Shown one piece after another: positions 14,039 through 25,900 of a stretch of 64,000 bases of DNA. The stretch lies in NCBI GenBank assembly GCA_002269645.1, contig NIVC01003081.1, positions 123,710 to 187,709 on the forward strand, given 5' to 3'. The position numbers were made by a program, and so were the translations under genes. Source of the stretch: Macrostomum lignano (lineage: Eukaryota). Within the stretch, counting starts at the first letter, position 1. Each line of letters opens with the position of its first letter. The notes under the pieces were generated by a model. The model ran no database searches, was not told the origin of the DNA, and saw nothing but the letters and a program-made list of their open reading frames with translations.

Positions 14039-14974
14039 GCTGAGTCGGTAGTGTGTTTTCACTTATAACTATTGGCACTTTTAAATTTATAAAATAATAA
14101 ATTTGTTAATAAAACTGAACTCCACGAAATAGGAATAATCAAAAAGCGATTCAACATTCTATGATTAGACTTCACTCTGTCATGTATTTCTGTCAAGTAG
14201 CGTATACCTATATTGAATTTATTATTGATTGTAGTCAGTTCGATGATAAATATGCTATTTCTTGATATTAATTTTTTTCTTCATTATTATGATTTCTAAA
14301 CGAATCTGTGTCTCTTCATCTTGCCTTGTTGGCCAACTATTTTATTCGATCATAAATGTCTACAATCTATATTTGTGACCTCTATATCTCACCTATTCAT
14401 TCTGTGCAGTTCTTTCTATTTTGTATTTTATTGCTAACCGCTTTTCAATCTTGCTCGCGATTTCAATAAATATAACATTCATTCTATTGTTTAGCTACAT
14501 CAGCATAACTATGCAGGCAATGTGCAATATTTACTGGATGCGTTCACGATGCAGCCATTGTGGGCTGTGAATTATTGCTCTGCTGTTAATTATAATGATA
14601 CCTTATACTTGATTTCGTGCTTTTTCAGTTCTGTCACAGATCGGTTTCACGTTTAAGAGCCATTAGATTTGTATTATTGTCTTTAGTCAAGCGTTGTCCT
14701 TACCGCGTTGTCACGGCGTTATTTGTTTTGCTTACAAAAGAAGTAAATTCAGTTCTCACTTTGGCAGTATGCTGTTTAATTTCAAGCATAATCAATTTTA
14801 TACCTAATTCTCGATTCGTCACCTATACACATTTTGAAGAACCCTTGCTGATTGTTTTATTAACATTTTTCTAATATTTTCTACTAGTTGCTACTTATTT
14901 AGCAATAAGTAGTGCTATGTGCTTATGCGTTACTTTTTTCTATATTATAATGATTCTTTTTTGCGTGAATGTCA

Positions 14975-15405
14975 TACAACTGGAGCTGCAACCGTCTCCC
15001 ATCCAGGGTAATAAAACTGGAGCTGCAACCCTCTCCCATCCAGGGTAATAAAACTGGAGCTGCAACCCTCTCCCATCCAGGGTAATAAAACTGGAGCTGC
15101 AACCCTCTCCCATCCAGGGTAATAAAACTGGAGTTGCAATTCCTCCCTCCCATCCAGGGTAATAAAACTGGAGCTACAGCCCCCTCTCATCCAGGGTAAT
15201 AAAACTGGAGCTGCAACCCCCTCCTATTCAGGGTAATAAAACTGGAGCTGCAACCCCCTATTCAGGGTAATTAAACTAGAGCTGCAGCGTCCTCCTATCC
15301 AGGGTAATAAAACTGGAGCTGCAACCCCCTCCCTCCCATCCAGGGTGATAAAATTGGAGCTGCAGCCACCCTCCCATCCAAGGCAATATAACTGTAGCTG
15401 CAGCC
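14975..15405. repeat. 37-bp minisatellite (CCATCCAGGGTAATAAAACTGGAGCTGCAACCCTCTC)
   Basis: Tandem copies with 37-bp spacing. Confidence 0.9.
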
Positions 15406-16094
15406 TTCGGAATGAAACGAACTTGATATACTTATGTGATCCCAGTCAGCTTAGTAGGCGTTGGATCCCGTCCTAGTACATCGTGCTATTAAGTAAAGTT
15501 CTATAAGATTCGTCAGTTCATATAAGGCCAACAAATCGACTGTGCAATCCACAGTCTCCGTGATTATAGATGCCTGGTTTATGTTAATAATGATTGTCAG
15601 TTTATTGTATTATAACCGTATTTAGAACTGTGTTGCAGAGTAAATTGCTTTGTACAAGATGTTCGATTTTTGCCGTTCATGGTGGATATTTATTTGAATC
15701 ACTCTAATTTTTTCCAATAACTTTTCTAACTTAGTAAGCTTAGTAATATTTCATAAATCAGTTCCTTAATTGACTCCTATAGTCAAGCTATCAATAGCTA
15801 TCAAGAGTGATATTGTCTGCAATTATTTGTCCTATTTTGTATTTGATTGCTTTCTTAAATTAAATATTGTTGCAAAATTTTTGGTCATAAAAATTATACA
15901 CTATATCAAAGCTTTTTAAGTTACAAATTATAAAATAATTTCGAAGATTGTATCACAAAATTGCAGATCCGTTCTTTCGATTTTGTTTTTTTCACTGGTT
16001 CAACGCCAACTGAATTAGAAACTAAAATCCCCACATCCTACAGCTGTTTCCCATCTCGCACCACTATTTCGCCACCAATCACTCCCCATCTCTC

Positions 16095-16590
16095 ATCTAT
16101 TTCCCCATCCCTCACTCACATTTCCCCATCCATCACCCCATTTCCCCATCCCTCACTCACATTTCCCCATCCATCACCCATTTCCCCATCCCTCACTCAC
16201 ATTTCCCCATCCCTCACTCACATTTCCCCATCCATCACCCCATTTCCCCATCCCTCACTCACATTTCCCCATCCCTCACTCACATTTCCCCATCCCTCAC
16301 TCATTTCCCCATCCCTCACTCATTTCCCCATCCCTCACTCACATTACCCCATCCATCACTCACATTTCCCCATCCATCACCCCATTTCCCCATCCCTCAC
16401 TCACATTTCCCCATCCATCACCCCATTTCCCCATCCCTCACTCACATTTCCCCATCCCTCACTCATTTCCCCATCCCTCACTCACATTTCCCCATCCCTC
16501 ACTCCCATTTCCCCATCCCTCACTCACATTTCCCCATCCCTCATTCACATTTCCCCATCCCTCACTCACATTTCCCCATCCCTCCCCATC
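16095..16590. repeat. ~21-bp pyrimidine-rich minisatellite (CATTTCCCCATCCCTCACTCA) just upstream of MCMBP
   Basis: Tandem array. Confidence 0.9.
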
Positions 16591-16724
16591 TGTTTCGCGT
16601 TGCGTTAATCCGCACAGCACCACTGTAGCGACTTGATATCTGATTTGTTTTTTTTTCAGTTGCAATCCTCATTTTTTCTATAATTTATCCAGCTCGAAAA
16701 CTGAAGAGCCAGCCCAGCATCGTC

Positions 16725-17164
16725 ATGAACCAGGCCATGATTAGTCAACCGCTGCAGCATTTGGATGAAATTTGCGCTGCAGAATTCTCATCAAGTACTG
16801 CTGCTAAGCCCTGTGATGTAGCCCAGTGCTTTCTTGACCGTCTGTGCAGCCAGGATGAGCAGCTGCTGTTTGGCACCGACGCGAGCCCGGTGAAGAACCC
16901 GGCCGGCGCCAGCGGCTCTGCCCCGTCTGCTGGTGCCCGGCTGCCGTGTCTGAACGAGCTGCCACCTGCGGCGGGGGTCCGGTCAGAGACTCTGGTCAAG
17001 TTCCGCGGAATGGTCCAGGTGCTGAGCTGAAGCTTGTCTGTCTGTGTGTGTCTGTCTGTCTGTCTGTCTGTCTGTCTGACTTTCTGTCTGTCTGTCTGTC
17101 TGTCTGTCTGACTGTCTGTCTGTCTGTCTGTCTGTCTGACTGTCTGTCTGTCTGTCTGTCTGAC

Positions 17165-17229
<65 letters not shown>

Positions 17230-17232
17230 GAC

Positions 17233-17325
<93 letters not shown>

Positions 17326-17400
17326 GCCTGTCTGTCTGTCTGTGTGTCTGTCTGTCTGTCTGTCTGTCTGTCTGACTGTCTGTCTGTCTGTCTGTCTGAC

Positions 17401-17433
<33 letters not shown>

Positions 17434-17448
17434 GCCTGTCTGTCTGCC

Positions 17449-17489
<41 letters not shown>

Positions 17490-17491
17490 GC

Positions 17492-17526
<35 letters not shown>

Positions 17527-17527
17527 C

Positions 17528-17559
<32 letters not shown>

Positions 17560-20500
17560 GTGTCTGTCTGTCTGTCTGTCTGTGACTGTCTATCTATCTA
17601 TCCATCCATCTATCTATCTATCATCTATCTATCTAACCATCAATCAACGCACCCACCCGCAGGCCACCCTGGAGCCAGAGCTGTACCACAGATCAGCCGG
17701 TTTATTCCGCGACCGCCCCCCAGCCAGCCAGGCGGAATGCCAGCTCACCGATGCCGAGGTGGCGGCCGCAGGAGGCTGGGCCAGCCTGCTTGGCGAACGC
17801 CAGCGCTGCCTCTGCGTCCCGGTGCCGCACGAGACCGGCTGGCTTCGCTCAGAGCTGGCGCAGCGCGATCGCCTTGAGGAGTCGGAGCTGGCCAGCCTGT
17901 GCGCCGGCCTCAGCGTGGCCGACAGCGAAGTCCCCGACGGCGCTGGCAAGCCGACGCAGGCTAAGAAGGCTCGACTGGCTGGCGACGGAGTGCACAGCTG
18001 GAATGGCGACTCTGTTGAACTGCTGGTCTATGCGGACGAGTGCGGCTTGAAAGTGCACGATCTGGTTGAAACGGTTGGTTACTGTTGGTATCTCCCAGTC
18101 TCCCGAATCTCCCATTTCCCCATCTCCCATTCTCCCCAATCTCCCATTCTCCCGAATCTCCCATTTCCCCATCTCCCATTCTCCCCAATCTCCCATTCTC
18201 CCTAATCTCCTATTTTCACAATCTCCCATTCTCGCTTGTCTCATTCTCCCCAATTTCTCATTCTCCCGAATCTCCCATTCTCCTTAATCTCAGTCTTCCT
18301 AATCTCCAATTTTTCCGTATCTCCCTTTCTCCCCAATCTCCTATTTTCCCAATCTCCCATTCCCGCTTGTCTCATTCTCCCCAATTTCTCATTTTCCCTA
18401 ATCTCCCATTCTCCCAAATCTCCCATTCTCCCAAATCTCCCATTCTCCCCAATCTCCCATTCTCCCTAATCTCCCATTCTCCCTAATCTCCCATTCTCCC
18501 TAATCTCCCATTCTCCCTAATCTCCTGTTCTCCTTAATCTCATCAGCCAGCTACACGCATTGTCAACCAGTTCTCACACGCAGACTTGCACCGCATCAGT
18601 AAGCGTCCTTCTCCCCCCCCCTCACCCGCAGATCGCCATCCTATCCGTAGGTCCTGTCCCATCTAGCGACGCCCCAGACGATGAGAACACCGAGCAGCAG
18701 CAGCAGGATCCCGACGCTCCGCCGCCGCCTTCGGTGTTTCGACTGCACTCTCTGTCCCATCGCCGTCTGGCCAACCAAGTCCTGGGCTCCTTCGTCCCAG
18801 CCGCCAGCGGCCTTCTAGAAGCGGAAGACAAGCAGCCAGAAGAAGAGCAACAAGACGATCCGAAATGGAGTTTCCTTCGCAACGCCCTGCTAGGCGTATT
18901 TACCGATGCCCTACATGGGGACAGTCTGGCCGCTGAGTACCTGCTGCTGCACCTGATCTCGGCTGTCTACCTGCGCGGTCTGGACGATCCGACGCCGGAC
19001 GACAATTCCGCCGTCTCCGCCGGTTTAGTAGCTGTGGGCAAACTGTCGCTCAATTTGACCTGCTGTCGGGCCCAGTTAGTTCGGCATGTTGCCAGACTGC
19101 TGGACCTGCTAGTGCCGCGGCTGTGCCGGCTGCCGCTGAGTCTGGGCTGTCTGAACTCCGGCCAGCTGACTCCGAAGCTGGACTGCGACACTTGCCGTTT
19201 GCGTCCGGGGCTGCTGCAGATGCCGGCGCATACGCAGCTGGTGCTGGACGAGACCGCTCTGGAGGCCGGACGGTTGAGCGAGACTGGACTGGCCAATGTG
19301 CGAGCTCTCAGCCGGCTGGTTAGCCGCCAAGCTGTGGAATTCGACCTGCAGATGTATAGGAAGGATTTTGCCTCGGATCTGAGGGTTCTGGTGGTGTCCG
19401 AGGTGAGTTCCGGGATGTTTTGTGTATGGGATCAGATTGTTGTGTATGGGATCAGATTGTCTAAGTATGGGATCAGATTGTTGAGCATAGGATCAGATTG
19501 TAAGTATGGGATCAGATTGTCAAGCATGGGATCATATTGTTAAGGATGGGATCGGATTGTCAAGTATGGGATTAGATTGTCAAGTATGGGATCAGATTGT
19601 TAAGATTGGGATCAGATTGTTGAGTATGGGGTCAGATTGTCAAGTATGGGATCAGATTGTTAAATATGGGATCAGATTGTTGAGTATGGGGTCAGATTGT
19701 CAAGTATGGGATCAGATTGTTAAGATTGGGATCAGATTGTTGTGTATGGGATCAGATTGTTGAGCATGGGATCATATTGTCAAGCATGGGATCATATTGT
19801 TAAGGATGGGATCAGATTGTCAAGTATGGGATCAGATTGTTAAGGATGGGATCAGATTGTCAAGTATGGGATTAGATTGTCAAGTATGGGATTAGATTGT
19901 CAAGTATGGGATCAGATTGTTAAGGATGGAATCAGATTATTAAGGATGGAATCAGATTGTCAAGTATGGGATCAGATTGTCAAGTATGGGATCAGATTGT
20001 TAAGTATGGGATCAGATTGTTAAGGATGGAATCAGATTGTTAAGGATGGGATCAGATTGTCAAGTATGGGATCAGATTGTTAAGGATGGGATCAGATTGT
20101 CAAGTATGGGATCAGATTGTTAAGGATGGGATCAGATTGTTAAGGATGGGATCAGATTGTTAAGGATGGAATCAGATTGTTAAAGAATTTAGAAATTTAT
20201 GTGTAAGTTAGGAAGAATCAAAGTGAGAATTCTGATGAGGATTCGGCTATTAATCTCCCATTCATTCCTAATCCCCACTCCCTGTCCACTTAATCCGCAG
20301 GGCAAATCCGTTCTCCCCTGCGACGTTTTGCTGCCCCTGGAAGCCAAGAACTTCGTCTCGCAGGCCGCCGCGGAGAAGGACTTCAATCTTCTGCTAGAAA
20401 AAGTGACCCTCGATGCGCCGTTTCTGCGCGAGGCTCGGCGCTACCTAGCCGGCGCCGGGCAGCTGGCGGCAGATTCTGGCGCCTACGAGATCGGCGCCGA

Positions 20501-20774
20501 GCAGCAGGCCTGGATTGAGGCCGACTTTGTCAGGCGGAGGCAGGCGGCCAGATCAAAGGAGAATGCCGATAAAATTATTAATAATTCGGCTGGCGACGAT
20601 GAGGCTGAGGGCGCCACTGCCGAGGACCTGGCGCTGCGGCTGGTGCTGTGCCGCCTGCTCACCATCTCTCTGGGTCGGCGCCGGCCTACGCGCGCCATTT
20701 GGGACCGGGTGGCGCGCATGGAGGCTGAGAGAAAAAGGCGCATATTGATGGCCAGCAAGAATGCGCCCGCTTGA
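16725..20774 (+). CDS. MCMBP: Mini-chromosome maintenance complex-binding protein; exons 16725-17018, 17663-18073, 18632-19402, 20301-20774 (~649 aa)
   Basis: LPCLNE...LVKFRGMVQ|[31 protein letters not shown]|[54 protein letters not shown]|GKSVLPCD match MCMBP. The exon 2 donor (GTTGGT) was chosen because it reproduces the ungapped family alignment. Confidence 0.9.
17035..17635. repeat. (TGTC)n followed by (TATC)n microsatellite, MCMBP intron 1
   Basis: Direct reading. Confidence 0.95.
18100..18540. repeat. ~18-bp minisatellite (AATCTCCCATTCTCCC..), MCMBP intron 2
   Basis: Tandem array. Confidence 0.9.
19420..20182. repeat. 20-bp minisatellite (GTATGGGATCAGATTGTCAA), MCMBP intron 3
   Basis: Tandem array. 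Confidence 0.95.
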
Positions 20775-20829
20775 TGCTGGGCTGCGCTGGGGCCTCGCCT
20801 GACACTCTAATCTCATGATTGTTCGGTAT

Positions 20830-21565
20830 TCTCTTAGCCTGTCTTATCTCTAATCTCTCCCTGTCTCATCTTTTATAATCTCCCTGTCTCATCTCTAATC
20901 TCCCTGTCTCATATCTAATCCCCCTGTTTCATATCTAATCACACTGTCTCATATCTAATCACACTGTCTCATCTCTAATCTTTCTCCTATCTCATATCTA
21001 ATCTCCACCTGTCTCATCTCTTATCTCCACCAATGCCATCTCTAATCCCCCTTGTCTAATCTCTAATCTTTCTCCTGTCTAATCTATAATCTTCCTGTCA
21101 AATATAGTCTCCACCTTTTTCATCTCTAATCTCCCCCAGTCCCCCTGTCTCATCTCTAATCTCCCTGTGTCATCTAATCTCCCTGTTTCATATCTGATCT
21201 TTCTGTCTCATTTCTAATCTCCCTGTCTCATATCTAATCAACACTATCTCATCTCTAATCTTTCTCCTATCTCATATCTAATCTCCACCTGTCTCATCTC
21301 TTATCTCCACCAATGCCATCTCTAATCCCCTTTGTCTAATCTCTAATCTTTCTCCTGTCTAATCTATAATCTCCCTGTCAAATATAGTCTCCACCTTTTC
21401 ATCTCTAATCTCCCTGTGTCATCTAATCTCCTTGTTTCATATCTGATCTCTCTGTCTCATATCTAATCTCCCTGTCTCATATCTATTCTCCCTGTCAAAT
21501 ATAAATCTTCACATTTCTCATATCTAGTCTCACTGTCTCATCTATAATCTCCCGTCTGTCTCATC
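20830..21565. repeat. Degenerate ~20-bp minisatellite (TCTCATCTCTAATCTCCCTG) with an internal block duplication, downstream of MCMBP
   Basis: Tandem degenerate units; the block containing CTCCACCAATGCCATCTCTAATCCCC occurs at ~21025 and ~21305. Confidence 0.85.
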
Positions 21566-22111
21566 TCTTTTATCACTTATTTCCTTCGCATTATGCCTCC
21601 TACATTGCAAAGTAAAATGTCGCTCTTACTTTTATTAAATTAAATAGCCGAATGCTTTTATTGCCCTGTCACAAATTATCGCTGTTCACACGATTGCTGT
21701 GTTCTTAATATTTTTTGGAAAAGCCAAAAACAAAGCGACTGCATACTGATCATTTCTATTTTAGTCCCAAATTCATAAGGTTTACTGCATTAATCAGCGT
21801 TTTCGGTTATACTAAACTTTTATTATTATTTTTTGCATTTTTCTTTTTTAGTTTGCTTTTGACCGGTACTACTTCATCAATTGGGTTTTGCAAATATTAG
21901 ACTCTCGCAAAATATAAATAATGCCGCGTAGCTTTGAAGTGTCTTGGCATACACATTTTTAAGAAGGTCTTTAAGTAATAAACTGGTTAAATTATTATTG
22001 TCGGTTTTTTAAACCTTGACTGGATGCTTCAAAGAGCTCAACTGCCTTAATATAACTTCATTCTTATATGCCTTACTGTGTAGCTTTCAACTGAAATGTT
22101 GTTGGACCTTA

Positions 22112-22855
22112 GAGGGCAGCGGGATTCACTGAGGGGTCTGTAAAGAGGGTAGCGGGATTCACTGAGGGATCTGTAAAGAGGGTAGCGGGATTCACTGAGG
22201 GATCTGTAAAGAGGGCAGCGGGATTCACTGAGGGATCTGTAAAGAAGGCAGCGGGATTCACTGAGGGATCTGTAAAAAGGGTAGCGGGATTCACTGAGGG
22301 ATCTGTAAAGAAGGCAGCGGGATTCACTGAGGGATCTGTAAAGAGGGCAGCGGGATTCACTGAGGGGTCTGTAAAGAGGGTAGCGGGATTCACTGAGGGG
22401 TCTGTAAAGAGGGTAGCGGGATTCACTGAGGGGTCTGTAAAGAGGGTAGCGGGATTCACTGAGGGGTCTGTAAAGAGGGCAGCGGGATTCAATGAGGGGT
22501 CTGTAAAGAGGATAGCGGGATTCACTGAGGGATCTGTAAAGAAGGCAGCGGGATTCACTGAGGGATCTGTAAAGAGGGCAGCGGGATTCACTGAGGGGTC
22601 TGTAAAGAAGGCAGCGGGATTCAATGAGGGGTCTGTAAAGAGGGTAGCGGGATTCACTGAGGGGTTTGTAAAGAGGGTGGCGGGATTCACTGAGGGGTTT
22701 GTAAAGAGGGTGGCGGGATTCACTGAGGGGTTTGTAAAGAGGGTGGCGGGATTCACTGAGGGGTTTGTAAAGAGGGTGGCGGGATTCACTGAGGGGTTTG
22801 TAAAGAGGGTGGCGGGATTCACTGAGGGGTTTGTAAAGAGGGTGGCGGGATTTAC
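22112..22855. repeat. 33-bp minisatellite (GGGTAGCGGGATTCACTGAGGGATCTGTAAAGA) ~100 bp upstream of the FANCD2 start
   Basis: Tandem array. Confidence 0.95.
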
Positions 22856-22957
22856 TCTTATATAAATCTTCCATTTAAATACTTGTTTCACATAATTTCA
22901 GTAGATTATACATAAATATCGAAAACTTGAAACGATATTTTGTCAGTCAGTGTCAGC

Positions 22958-25900
22958 ATGAATCAGGTGCTGCATCACCTAAGCGGCTGTCATATCCAGC
23001 TAGTCAGGGAGAGTTCAGGTTTAAACCCGGCAGCTGAAGATGCCGAAGATTCTGGGAACTTGATCGTTCAGCTGGGCGCCAATCGGCACAGCGTTGCCCA
23101 ACGAATCGAAGCTAATTTGAATAAACGAGGCAGTGCCGCCGCACAAGCTCTGCTCGATGATGTACAGGTGAGGTAATTTTTTATTAGTTCCCTAATAGCC
23201 AAAATTTTCTTGGTACTTTACTTACAGTAGCAATAGCAGAATATTGCGTGTTTAGAATTATTAGTAATAACCTTTGACATACTACTGATAGTAGGAATAA
23301 AGGCAAATATTTTAAATATAAAAATGCCAATAAATTCGTATTCAATAGTACTTCTGATTCATAATTCATAATTAATAATTATTTGCAAAAACAGACGGCC
23401 ACGGAGTCCGAGCGCAATCTCTACGCTATGCTCACCCCTGCCGAGCTCCTGTCCTGCGGCAGTTCGAATTCAGCTGCTGGGCCAGCCGATGTGGTGTCGG
23501 ACTTTGGCCTGCCTGTGTCCCTGATGCGCTGCCTGCTGGAGGTGCCGCCTCTGCAGGCTGGACTGGCTGAGATGCTGGCGGAGCTGCTGGTGGCCATCGA
23601 TAAGAGTGACTACCCTGTGTGCCTGCAGGTGAGCGGACTGCCGGCCTCCCAGGTCCTCAGCTGCTGGGCCACCAGCCTCCCAGGTCCTCAGCTGCTGGGC
23701 CACCAGCCTCCCAGATCCTCAGTTGCTGGGCCACCAGCCTCCCAGATCCTCAGTTGCTGGGCCACCAGCCTCCCAGATCCTCAGTTGCTGGGCCACCAGC
23801 CTCCCAGATCCTCAGTTGCTGGGCCAGCCTCCCAGATGCTCAGTTGCTGAGCAAACAGCCTCCCAGATCCTCAGTTGCTGGGCCAGCCTCCCAGATGCTC
23901 AGTTGCTGGGCCAGCCTCCCAGATCCTCAGTTGCTGAACCAGCCTCCCAGATCCTCAGTTGCTGGGCCAGCCTCCCAGATCCCCAGTTGCTATGGCACAA
24001 CAACCTAAAGAATAACCCTTCATCCGGCAGGTGAACTACACCAAGCTCATACTCAGCCAGTTCCGCTACCTGCCCCTTGCCCGCGAGGCAGCCTCCCGAA
24101 TCGAGGCCATTCTATTCGACATCATCGAGGCTTCATCCTTGGACGCCAAACGCGATACGATCGCCCTGCTGCCCGAGCTGTTCACCCAGGCCACCGATAG
24201 CCTGTGCGAGAAGCTCAGAAGTCTGCTAGTATCTGCTACAGAACTAGACGACACTAGCGGTAGCCATGGCAACGCGAGTTCAACGCCGCTAAAACCGGCC
24301 CTATTCGATTGTCTCACCTTGTTGCCATTAAGCGAATCGCAATTGGGCGAATTTCGCCGGCTCGCCATGCAACTGCTGGCCTCCGTCCGCAGCTGCCTAT
24401 CAATCCCCGTGCTGCTGCGCTTCCTGCTGGACAACCCGCCATCCGAACCGGACGCTGTCATCGAGTTCCTGATGGAGATTCGATCTCGGCTAGACATGTT
24501 CGCCGTGCCCGTGTTGGAGCAGCAAAAGCAGCAGACTCAGGTGCAACAGGTGCAAATTAAACAGCAGCCGAAATGGCTGACCAGCACGCAACAGCCGGGA
24601 GACACGGGCGGCAGCTGGGCCAGCTTAAATATCAGCGGCATCCAGCCGATGGCGCCGAATGCTGCTTCATCTGCAGCTAACTTGGCCGCTTCTGCGGCGG
24701 CTACTGAAACTGCCGAGACTCTGGTCTGCGAGTTGGTGCAACGGAAATTAGCAGCGAAGTGAGTAGCTAGTTAAGTGTAAGATAATGTATGAGATAATAG
24801 TTATGGCCACTGTACATTGCGTCCCCTCTCTCCCTGCCAGCCAATCAGACATTGCGTCCCCTCTCTCTCTCTGCCAGCCAATCAGACATTGCGTCCCCTC
24901 TCTCCCTGCAGTGCAGGCAATCAGACATTGCGTCCCCTCTCTCCCTGCAGCCAATCAGACATTGCGTCCCCTCTCTCCCTGCCAGCCAATCAGACATTGC
25001 GTCCCCTCTCTCCCTGCCAGCCAATCAGACATTGCGTCCCCTCTCCCTGCAGCCAATCAGACATTGCGTCCCCTCTCTCCCTGCCAGCCAATCAGACATT
25101 GCGCCCCCTCTCTCCCTGCAGCCAATCATCAGCTTCGGTCTATCTCGCTTGCAATTTAATGGCCTGGACAGTTATTTTTTTATTGGCCTGACCAATCAAA
25201 TCAAATTAAAACTAAATCTGACTAGCTTACTACTAGTAGTACTTATTTGTAATTATTTTCCTAACTTAGTTAATACCATACATGGCCCACCAATTAGTCT
25301 AGACTGTCATTTAATTTTATTAATTTTTCATTTAATTGTCCAGGCCATTATATTGCTAGTGCTATAGACCGAAGCTGATTGGCTGCAGGGAGAGAGGGGA
25401 CGCAATGTCTGATTGGCTGCAGGGAGAGAGGGGACGCAATGTCTGATTGGCTGCAGGGAGAGAGGGGACGCAATGTCTGATTGGCTGCAGGGAGAGAGGG
25501 GACGCAATGTCTGATTGGCTGCAGGGAGAGAGGGGACGCAATGTCTGATTGGCTGCAGGGAGAGAGGGGACGCAATGTCTGATTGGCTGCAGGGAGAGAG
25601 GGGACGCAATGTCTGATTGGCTGCAGGGAGAGAGGGGACGCAATGTCTGATTGGCTGCAGGGAGAGAGGGGACGCAATGCCTGATTGGCTGCAGGGAGAG
25701 AGGGGACGCAATGCCTGATTGGCAGCAGGGAGAGAGGGGACGCAATGTCTGATTGGCTGCAGGGAGAGAGGGGACGCAATGTCTGATTGGCTGCAGGGAG
25801 AGAGGGGACGAAATGTCTGATTGGCTGCAGGGAGAGAGGGGACGAAATGTACAGTGGCTGATCAAGGACTACTGAAGTAACATATATGTAGGATGCAACT

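Noticed and set aside
16946-18205. 419-aa ORF with an SVCL repeat
   Set aside because: Read-through of a (TGTC)n intron into MCMBP exon 2; only 17663-18073 is coding.
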